Shown: in pieces, positions 19,201 through 25,344 of the stretch | How positions within the stretch are numbered: position 1 is the stretch's first letter | Layout: each line of letters begins with the position of its first letter | Source: a virus | Lineage: Duplodnaviria > Caudoviricetes | Virus record (IMG/VR): IMGVR_UViG_3300027205_000004 | Coordinates: 1 to 38,903 of that record | Length of the DNA: 38,903 nucleotides | Direction: 5' to 3' (one strand) | The notes under the pieces: generated by a model | What the model was told of the DNA's origin: nothing | The model's input: the letters and a program-made list of their open reading frames with translations, nothing else | Databases searched by the model: none | Position numbers and translations under genes: made by a program

Positions 19201-20037
19201 ATCGACCTGCCCGACACTATCGCGCCGCTAACAATTCAAACCCGCCGCGAAGATCAGGACGTTCCGTCTTTCCAAGGCACAAAGTCAGACACCTTCTACA
19301 GCGAAGAGTTCGACGCGCTCACGCTGGATGGCACGACCTTAATTGATTCGGTTGTTGATTTTGACCTGATCCCAACGCTGGATGTACTTGGACCCGTGGC
19401 TAGCTCTGGCACTTACACATTCGCCAGCACATTGGATCTGGGCAACACCTTTTCTGTGGATCTTCGCCGGTATTTCGTCACCCGTGGTTATTACCCATCC
19501 GACCTGATCGACTCCCGCGCCAACACCGTGGATGATTGGTCCGACTGGGACGGCGCCATTACAGACAAGGTGAACGCCAAGCTGATGTTGCGCTCCACCA
19601 ATGATAATCCCAGCGCCACACCAACTTGGACCGCATGGCAGGAATTCGTCAACGGCGCCTTCCGTGGTCGCGGCTTCCAATTCCGCGCCGATCTCAGCAG
19701 CAGCGCCATCGACCAAAACATCTTGGTGGACGAACTGGGCTACGACGCCACCTTCCAGCGCCGCACGGAAAACAGCGATGGAGCGGTCAGCAGCGGAGCC
19801 GGCGCCAAGGCGATCACGTTTACCAACGCCTTCTGGACTGGAACAACAAGCCTCGGTGGGGTTAACGCCTACCTTCCCAGCATCGGCATCACCGCTCAAA
19901 ACATGGCAACCGGCGATTTCTTTGAAGTCACCAGCGTCAGCGGCACTGGCTTCACGGTCACCTTCAAAAACTCGGCTGGAACTGCAGTTAGTCGTAATTT
20001 CAACTGGAGTGCGGTTGGCTATGGCCGAGGCGGCTAA
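16273..20037 (+). CDS. Tail tip / host specificity protein, lambda gpJ-like, with N-terminal Hint domain
   Basis: DLICEGEI.GL, YPNSAL, W..DPAW.LWD, LRPG motifs; ATG overlaps gpI stop. Confidence 0.93.
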   Translation: MTKRTALLQGSGGGGGGGCFLGHTLVAVPNGQRRIDELQSGDLVLSFDHTGEVHEAKILKVHEHEGERVIRYTLWGGQHLDATPNHWVLNQFNAFVEIDTFGADDCLVDANGHLRPVVGKTEFCTGTVYNLTVEGHHTFIAGGIRVHNAGLGLGIAGAGGGGGGGGKGGGGGRRTPYEADDSLQSTQYASVLDLICEGEIQGLDNGAKSIYLDDTPIEDAAGNKNFRGYQVVTRNGTQNQTIIGADLNATESENGVSVQLFASTPVTRQITNTAVDRVRVTVNVPALQILQDDGDIVGHSVSLKIETQYNSGGYTEVISDTISGKTGNLYQRDYMLALNGAFPVDIRVTRTSGDESSAKRQNDIYWSSYTEIIDEKLRYPNSALVGLRFDSRNFNNIPKRKYLIRGAKIQLPSNATVDTTTHLGRVTYAGVWDGTFGAATWCNDPAWCLWDLLISTRYGAGIPASNLDRYDFYAISQYCNELVENGKGGLEPRFSCNLLINSRDEVYNVIQEMTSLFRGIAYYGAGSLVLQQDKPTDSQYLLGPSNVVDGVFNYSGSSQKARHSVATVAWQSYDTLGEVEYEYVEDAEAVAKYGIINKDIKALGCYSQGQAHRAGKWALLSEQNLTETITFSVSIDSGIILRPGMVIDIADPLKAGSRRSGRVSSATTTAITVDSSTNLTVNLSNSPTISVLMPTGLVETKTISSISGTTINVSSAFSEAPNANAIWLIQTSDIEAQQYRVLNVAESEDGIYGVTALQYNSTIYDAIESNNKLLRRDISNLSAKPDTVGNISGSEYIYQDGQNVFSGFDLSWISPRQRVSEFRVDYRIDNDNWKQVVSTSPSVQIKQTRPGILYIQITAANYLNKISDIASAQFTLVGKTAVPGNVQNLTFEAINNNSGRLRWDETVDLDVKVGGKIHIRHSSLTDGTATWSNSVDLIPAKSGSSTEAIIPLVEGEVLVKFEDDGGRQSASETSVIIDLPDTIAPLTIQTRREDQDVPSFQGTKSDTFYSEEFDALTLDGTTLIDSVVDFDLIPTLDVLGPVASSGTYTFASTLDLGNTFSVDLRRYFVTRGYYPSDLIDSRANTVDDWSDWDGAITDKVNAKLMLRSTNDNPSATPTWTAWQEFVNGAFRGRGFQFRADLSSSAIDQNILVDELGYDATFQRRTENSDGAVSSGAGAKAITFTNAFWTGTTSLGGVNAYLPSIGITAQNMATGDFFEVTSVSGTGFTVTFKNSAGTAVSRNFNWSAVGYGRGG
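16327..16716 (+). other. 130-aa Hint (intein-like) domain inside gpJ
   Basis: Block A CFLGHTLV, block B ATPNH, block F/G VYNLTVEGHHTF...VHN; next residue is Ala. Confidence 0.9.
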
Positions 20038-20071
20038 AGTTGGACAAATACTGTCCTTATAAGGACTCGGC

Positions 20072-21877
20072 ATGGCTCAACACGATTATGTGATTGCTAA
20101 CGGCACCGGCGCCGCCGTCCGTTCCGATCTCAACAACGGCCTTTCCGCAATCGTCACCCAGAACAGCGGAGCGACCGAGCCGGCAACCACTTACGCCTTC
20201 ATGCGCTGGGCGGATACGACCGCTGGCGTGATGAAAATGCGGAACAGCGCCAACAACGCTTGGATCACGCTGTACCAGTTGGATGGCGAGTGGACCAACA
20301 TTGCCTTTGAAAACGGCACCGCTGCTGCCCCGTCGATCTACTTCAAGGACAGTGGCACCGACACAGGCTTCTATTCGCCCGGCGCCAACCAAGTCGGAAT
20401 TTCAACGGGCGGCACGGCTCGCCTGACCATCGACTCCAACGGCAACGTCGATATTGACAGCAACACGCTCTACGTTGATGCCACCAATAACAGGGTAGGT
20501 CTGGGGGTTAGTGACCCTGGGCAAAAGTTAGTTATTGGTGGCGGCACAAATGGACGTACCCGAATCAAAGTTGATTCAGGTTCTGGTAACTTTGGCAAGT
20601 TCGAGTTTTCGACTGATTCAGCTTTAACTACAAGTGCCGTTCAGGTAGCGGAGATTACGGCCAACATTACCGGGACAGGTCCGCTTACTTCAAGCCTGCA
20701 GTTTGCGACCAATAGCGGCAACTCGCTTAATACCGCAATGACGATAGATTCGTCACAGCGAGTAGGGATTGGCACTACTAGTCCTGCAAGACAGCTTGAT
20801 GTTAATAGTACTGCGATTTTTGACAGCAATGGCAACGGGTCCACTACTAGCCCGTCTATTGCGATTGGTTCTACAGGTACAGGTCTTTCTTACATTGGGA
20901 GTCAACAACTTGCTTTCCTTACAAACTCTGCCGAACGCGCCCGCATCGACAGCTCGGGACGCCTGTTAGTTGGCACGTCTACTGGTCGTAATGGTGGATA
21001 TGCGGATCCCGCTCAAGTACAAATTGAAGGGTTGAGTTACAATAGTGCCGCTCAAAGTATCATTATTGATTCCAATGATGGAAATGGTCCAAGTCTAAAT
21101 TTTGGCAAATCTCGTGGTACAAGTTTAAACTCCAATACCGTTGTTCAAAGCGGCGACAGGCTTGGTGTAATTGACTTTGCCGGAGCAGACGGAACTTCTC
21201 TAAAAAGAGGGGCAGTAATTGAAGCCTATGTAGACGGCACCCCCGGCGCCAGCGACATGCCTGGCCGCCTAGTGTTCTCCACTACCGCCGATGGAGCGAG
21301 CAGCCCGACGGAACGGATGAGGATAAATAACGGTGGTGGCGTGATGATAGGAACAACAAACGCCCAGACAGGAATCGGTGATCTAACGACAGTTACAGGT
21401 GTAGCTTTTAGCCCTGACGGCTGGGTTGGAGGATGCAGATCAAGCGAAGCCGCTGGCTATTTCACGCGAACAGGTACGGATGGCAGGGTAATCAACTTTT
21501 ACAAAGGAAGCACAGGTGTTGGCGGCATTTCTGTCACAACAACCGCAACCGCTTTTAATACTTCATCGGATTATCGCTTAAAAGAAAACATTATCAGCAT
21601 CTCAAATGCAATCGAAAGAGTTAAACAGCTAAATCCCTGCCGTTTTAATTTTATTGCTAACCCCGAGCAAACTGTCGATGGCTTTATTGCTCACGAAGCA
21701 CAGCAGGTCGTGCCTGAGGCAGTTGAAGGCACCAAAGATGAAGTCGATGAAAACGGCAAACCTATTTACCAAGGCATCGACCAGTCCAAACTGGTGCCGT
21801 TGCTGACCGCTGCGCTGCAGGAAGCGTTGGCTGAGATTGAGTCCCTGAAGGCTCGTGTTACCGCGCTAGAGCCATAA
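20072..21877 (+). CDS. Modular tail fibre with C-terminal intramolecular chaperone (peptidase S74)
   Basis: Repeated RVGIGT / ERARIDSSG / ERMRI linkers; TSSDYRLKENI, GFIAHE, IDQSKLVPLL. Confidence 0.92.
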   Translation: MAQHDYVIANGTGAAVRSDLNNGLSAIVTQNSGATEPATTYAFMRWADTTAGVMKMRNSANNAWITLYQLDGEWTNIAFENGTAAAPSIYFKDSGTDTGFYSPGANQVGISTGGTARLTIDSNGNVDIDSNTLYVDATNNRVGLGVSDPGQKLVIGGGTNGRTRIKVDSGSGNFGKFEFSTDSALTTSAVQVAEITANITGTGPLTSSLQFATNSGNSLNTAMTIDSSQRVGIGTTSPARQLDVNSTAIFDSNGNGSTTSPSIAIGSTGTGLSYIGSQQLAFLTNSAERARIDSSGRLLVGTSTGRNGGYADPAQVQIEGLSYNSAAQSIIIDSNDGNGPSLNFGKSRGTSLNSNTVVQSGDRLGVIDFAGADGTSLKRGAVIEAYVDGTPGASDMPGRLVFSTTADGASSPTERMRINNGGGVMIGTTNAQTGIGDLTTVTGVAFSPDGWVGGCRSSEAAGYFTRTGTDGRVINFYKGSTGVGGISVTTTATAFNTSSDYRLKENIISISNAIERVKQLNPCRFNFIANPEQTVDGFIAHEAQQVVPEAVEGTKDEVDENGKPIYQGIDQSKLVPLLTAALQEALAEIESLKARVTALEP

Positions 21878-21892
21878 GTCCTACTCGTTACT

Positions 21893-22036
21893 GTGCCTGA
21901 CGAAATCACACCGGAGGAAAACGAGCGGCGCTTCAGAGAATGTCTTCGCCTGATCAACAACGTCACCTACGAGCGACTGGTGGAGTTGATGGGCGAGGAG
22001 TTCCTTGAAGAGTATCGCCGTGTTGCTCGGCATTAA
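21893..22036 (+). CDS. 47-aa cassette protein (VPDEITPEENERRFRECL...), not in ORF track
   Basis: GTG starts 3 nt after the 21876 site; manual translation. Confidence 0.6.
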   Translation: MPDEITPEENERRFRECLRLINNVTYERLVELMGEEFLEEYRRVARH

Positions 22037-22113
22037 AAAGGGGCAGGATGTCACCCCTGCCCCTGTGCAACGGAATATCACAACCGTTGCGGTGCCTTGT
22101 CAGCCGAAGCACT
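22035..22113 (-). ncRNA. Putative three-hairpin small RNA ending in an intrinsic terminator
   Basis: -10-like TACCAT (22121-22126, minus strand); three adjacent stems; last stem followed by TTTTT. Confidence 0.5.
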
Positions 22114-22124
22114 GTAGCACATGG

Positions 22125-22193
22125 TATGGTGGTGGAGCGGCGCAGTGCTACCTGCCCGCCCCATGACCGCCGATTGGAGGATCGACGATGACC
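22125..22193 (+). promoter_or_regulatory. Promoter + two-hairpin structured leader, copy 1
   Basis: Aligns without gaps to 23236-23304, with compensatory stem changes. Confidence 0.7.
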
Positions 22194-22574
22194 CAAGATT
22201 ACAAGCACCCGATCACCTCACCGCTGGAATTAAGCGACGAGCAAGTGGGCGAATGGCTGATCGACGACGGCTACCCGTGGGACCCCTCGGAGCAAGCTGT
22301 CATCACCATTACCACCAACCGACTCAAGAATGTTGCCCGCCAAGCATTCCAAGCTGGTGCCGACCAAGAGCTGGAGGCGTGCCTCAGGCTGGTTGAAATC
22401 AATGCTGGTGAGGACGCTTATGACTTTGCTCGCTACATCCGCTCCGCCCGCCGCCCCAAGCCGCCAAGCTTGAAGGAGCAGGCGCTGGAAGCGCATAATC
22501 GGATGATGGCCGGAGAAGAAACGCAAGATGATTGGTCGATTGTCCGCCGCGCACTGGAGCAACTCGATGACTGA
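22188..22574 (+). CDS. Hypothetical phage protein
   Basis: GGAGG upstream; GADQELEAC and RRPKPPSLKEQAL motifs recalled from cyanophage small proteins. Confidence 0.75.
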   Translation: MTQDYKHPITSPLELSDEQVGEWLIDDGYPWDPSEQAVITITTNRLKNVARQAFQAGADQELEACLRLVEINAGEDAYDFARYIRSARRPKPPSLKEQALEAHNRMMAGEETQDDWSIVRRALEQLDD

Positions 22575-23031
22575 CTTCCGAGCGCTGTGCGCTGAGCTGC
22601 TGGCCGCACTGGAGAACGAAGGCTACGCCCACTGGTCTACCGCTCCAGACGAAGATGAGCTATGCCTACGCGCCCGCGCCGCCTTGGCCCAGCCCGAGCC
22701 GAAAGAGCCGACGGACGAGGAACTGCAAAAACTAGCTGGCATGTTCTTTACTTCCACTGAGTTCGGCTTTGTGGACTTTGCTCGCGCTGTCCTAGTCATT
22801 CCCGCTACTATGTCTGAACTTTCACCCCAAGCGCAAGCTGTCTGGGACGCCTACGGCACTTTGGCCGATCTTTATAACTGCGAAGTCACAGAGGCTGAAA
22901 TGCTTGCCGCCGCTCTTCGTACTGTGGCAGAACAATTTTATTTTGATTGGAACGGTATGTGCTGCGCTGAACACCTCAAAGAAATTGCCAGAGAACTCGA
23001 CGCCAGTGAGCCTGTAACCGAAGCCCAGTAG
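22567..23031 (+). CDS. Chimeric hypothetical protein (MTDFRALCAEL.. fused in frame to MSELSPQAQAV.. at 22810)
   Basis: Reads through the 22793 site; second ATG lies 3 nt after the site. Confidence 0.65.
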   Translation: MTDFRALCAELLAALENEGYAHWSTAPDEDELCLRARAALAQPEPKEPTDEELQKLAGMFFTSTEFGFVDFARAVLVIPATMSELSPQAQAVWDAYGTLADLYNCEVTEAEMLAAALRTVAEQFYFDWNGMCCAEHLKEIARELDASEPVTEAQ

Positions 23032-23046
23032 TCACCTTCCCTACCC

Positions 23047-23205
23047 ATGACGCGCTCCTTCTCGGAACTCACCAAAGATTTTGCCCCAGAGCGCCGGGAG
23101 CGCATTGAACAGCGCAAGGCGGAGATCCAAGAAGATCTTGTTGAATGTCCAGAGTGTTTCGCCTTGATTTACCCGAGCTGGCTTGAGATGGACGAGGACG
23201 AGTAG
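23047..23205 (+). CDS. 52-aa cassette protein (MTRSFSELTKDFAPERRERIEQRK...CPEC), not in ORF track
   Basis: Bounded exactly by the 23029 and 23203 sites; manual translation. Confidence 0.65.
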   Translation: MTRSFSELTKDFAPERRERIEQRKAEIQEDLVECPECFALIYPSWLEMDEDE

Positions 23206-23235
23206 TCATCCTCTGATCGAGGTCTGGCTCTGGTA

Positions 23236-23304
23236 TAAGATTGTGAGGTAGCGCAGCGCCAACTGCCTACCCCATGACCGCTCCACTGCTCTGGAACGAT
23301 GACC
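23236..23304 (+). promoter_or_regulatory. Promoter + two-hairpin structured leader, copy 2 (recombinase leader)
   Basis: -10-like TAAGAT; stems GGTAG/CTACC, GCAG/CTGC, TCCA/TGGA. Confidence 0.7.
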
Positions 23305-24159
23305 ACATCCTATTCGGTGTCCCAGCTTTGGGATGCCTTTGTCGCTGAGCGATCCATCTCGCTTTGCCCCACCAGCCTCACCTCCGACTACAGGCAGGTG
23401 ACCAAGTGGTTAAAGCGATGCCCGATCCAAGATCTGCAACAAGCACGCCAGGTGATGATCTGGGTGCTGGGGCAGAAACCTGTGCTGTCTTCACGTCGCG
23501 TCGCGATGTACACGAAAACGATGTATAAGTGGGCAGCGCAGGAAGACGTTGGTTACCTGAACCGCAATCCGCTTGCGAGCTTCAAGATGCCAAAGGCGCC
23601 TCAACGCGATGAAGAAATCATCGTGATTCCGCGCAATGAAATCGGCTTGGTGCTGGCCGCTTTGGAGGCAAAACTGACCTATCGCACGGTCAACTGGTCG
23701 GCCTACACCGAGTTCATGCTTCAGACCGCGATGCGCACCGGCGAGGTTCGTGCTGCTCGCTGGGATGATATCAAGGACGGGAAGATCCTTGTTCATCAGA
23801 ACTGGACTTTGACCCATGGATTGAAGGACAGCACCAAGACGAACAAAAAACGGTGGGTGCCGTTGAACGGCAAGTGCCAAGCGATCCTTGGGTCTCTACC
23901 GAAGGATTCCGAATTTATCTTCCCGTGGGATCGACTTGCGTTTCAGAGTTACTTCCGCAAGAAGCTTCAGCCGCTACATCAGGTTGGACTGATCTCTCAC
24001 CTTTACCGACCTTACGACTGCAGGCACACCGCAATCAGCCATTGGATTGAGGCTGGCATCCCAGTACCTCAGGTGGCGGCTTGGGCAGGCAACACCAGCG
24101 AGGTGATCTTCAAACATTATTGCAATACCACAAAGGAGTACGAAATGCCGGAGATTTGA
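23299..24159 (+). CDS. Tyrosine recombinase (286 aa, no arm-binding domain)
   Basis: MRTGE (R), TKT (K), YDCRHT (HxxR variant), AGNT, KHY (catalytic Y). Confidence 0.92.
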   Translation: MTTSYSVSQLWDAFVAERSISLCPTSLTSDYRQVTKWLKRCPIQDLQQARQVMIWVLGQKPVLSSRRVAMYTKTMYKWAAQEDVGYLNRNPLASFKMPKAPQRDEEIIVIPRNEIGLVLAALEAKLTYRTVNWSAYTEFMLQTAMRTGEVRAARWDDIKDGKILVHQNWTLTHGLKDSTKTNKKRWVPLNGKCQAILGSLPKDSEFIFPWDRLAFQSYFRKKLQPLHQVGLISHLYRPYDCRHTAISHWIEAGIPVPQVAAWAGNTSEVIFKHYCNTTKEYEMPEI

Positions 24160-24186
24160 TAGATTGACGCCACGGCACAGAAATCC

Positions 24187-24507
24187 ATGCCCAGCGCTAC
24201 CCCTAGCACCACCTTCACCTGGCGGATCGCCAACCTCGAAAGAGAGACCGCCGATGGATTCGTTCTGACGGCACACTGGACGCTCTCGGCTGAAGATGGC
24301 ACCTACGCCAGCTCGGCCTATGGGTCCGTCGGCTTTGAGCGCCCCGACAAACTCATTCCGTACAACCAGTTAACGGAAGAACAGGTGGTGCAATGGGTGA
24401 AGGACAACTTCGGCGCTGAGAAGGTGACCGAGATCGAAGGCGCCCTGCAGCATCAACTTGATGAACAGCGGCATCCGACGCAGGCTGCAGGTGTGCCGTG
24501 GCAGTAA
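24187..24507 (+). CDS. Tail fibre-associated small protein
   Basis: TW.I..LER...DG.V..AHW, IPY..LTEE.V..WV, GVPW; family usually found directly after fibre genes. Confidence 0.7.
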   Translation: MPSATPSTTFTWRIANLERETADGFVLTAHWTLSAEDGTYASSAYGSVGFERPDKLIPYNQLTEEQVVQWVKDNFGAEKVTEIEGALQHQLDEQRHPTQAAGVPWQ

Positions 24508-24632
24508 AAAGCAAGGTTGGCGTCAAAGCCATTCAATTTGTTCCACGCCCACCTAAGAAAACACGGCAGGGAAATGGAAAACATTCCTTGCCTAACCACG
24601 GTCGCAAATTGACCCGTGGGCAGGGACGGTAA
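24498..24632 (+). CDS. 44-aa highly basic protein (KKTRQGNGKHS...RGQGR), not in ORF track
   Basis: Manual translation; motif recalled from cyanophage small basic proteins. Confidence 0.65.
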   Translation: MAVKSKVGVKAIQFVPRPPKKTRQGNGKHSLPNHGRKLTRGQGR

Positions 24633-24658
24633 GATCTAAAAGTAGTTGCAGACGTGCG

Positions 24659-24889
24659 ATGTCTGAGAATGGTTTTTGGCGTGGAGTCAAGCAAGAAACC
24701 GTTGCGGGCATTGGCGTTGCAGCAACTGTGGCTTTAGCCTCGGGCATCTTTTACTTGGTGTACACGGTGCCGACCAAACTTGATGATGTACTTCAAAATC
24801 AAATCAAATTTGAAGAAAAGATTGGAAAGATGGATGATCGTATCCTTGATCACGAGCAACGGTTGATCAAGTTGGAGATCAAGCCATAA
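24659..24889 (+). CDS. Single-TM membrane protein with coiled coil (lysis module)
   Basis: Hydrophobic segment then DHEQRLIKLE. Confidence 0.65.
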   Translation: MSENGFWRGVKQETVAGIGVAATVALASGIFYLVYTVPTKLDDVLQNQIKFEEKIGKMDDRILDHEQRLIKLEIKP

Positions 24890-24913
24890 GCTGGTAGCAG
24901 ACGCTATTTCGTC

Positions 24914-25051
24914 ATGGATCCCACGACTGCTGCTGCCATTGCGATTGTGATCGCTGCCGGCTCTGAAATCATTGCCCTGCTGCCCATTAAAGAAAACTCT
25001 TGGGTACAACTCATTGTGAAGGCTCTGAAGATTATTTTCCCAAAGCGCTGA
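24914..25051 (+). CDS. 45-aa holin-like membrane protein (MDPTTAAAIAIVIAAGSEIIALLPIKENSWVQL...), not in ORF track
   Basis: Hydrophobic; SE...P.K.NS..QL motif; upstream of endolysin. Confidence 0.7.
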   Translation: MDPTTAAAIAIVIAAGSEIIALLPIKENSWVQLIVKALKIIFPKR

Positions 25052-25344
25052 ACGCTGACGTTGTGTGGTTGTGGCGTTACGACAAGCGTGACTGGCGGCA
25101 TCACCTACTGCGTGCTGCACAACAAGCCAAGTTTCATGCAACTCTGACGCCACGACTAGATCGTGAAATTGAAAAGGTCAATCAGGTGATTGATCTTGAA
25201 ATGGAGCGAAACAAACGTCAGCCTGTGATTAAACACGAAGAGCCTACGCCTGAGCAAACTGGAGACAGCCGCCTTCTGGGTGGTCCAATGTCCATCTCAT
25301 CTCCTTGGAACGATGACGACCCAGAACCGCCTGCGGCTAGTTGA
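25045..25344 (+). CDS. Lysis-module ORF, probable -1 frameshift extension of the holin-like gene
   Basis: Open -1 frame after C CCA AAG; no convincing own ATG/RBS. Confidence 0.55.
   Translation, partial: ALNADVVWLWRYDKRDWRHHLLRAAQQAKFHATLTPRLDREIEKVNQVIDLEMERNKRQPVIKHEEPTPEQTGDSRLLGGPMSISSPWNDDDPEPPAAS

Larger units (their letters stand above)
20496..23217. repeat. Eight dispersed TAG(T/G)-N7-(N)YTA inverted-repeat sites (putative recombination sites)
   Basis: Sites at 20496, 20763, 20967, 21270, 21876, 22793, 23029, 23203 (left arm at 21876 and right arm at 23203 are degenerate). Confidence 0.65.

Noticed and set aside
22035-22120. tRNA or tRNA-derived attP
   Set aside because: The three hairpins are in series with no acceptor stem, T-loop consensus or CCA.
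20072-24159. Classical invertible tail-fibre shufflon (Gin/Cin or Rci type)
   Set aside because: No inverted alternative fibre ends; all cassettes are co-oriented and the in-gene spacers differ from each other.
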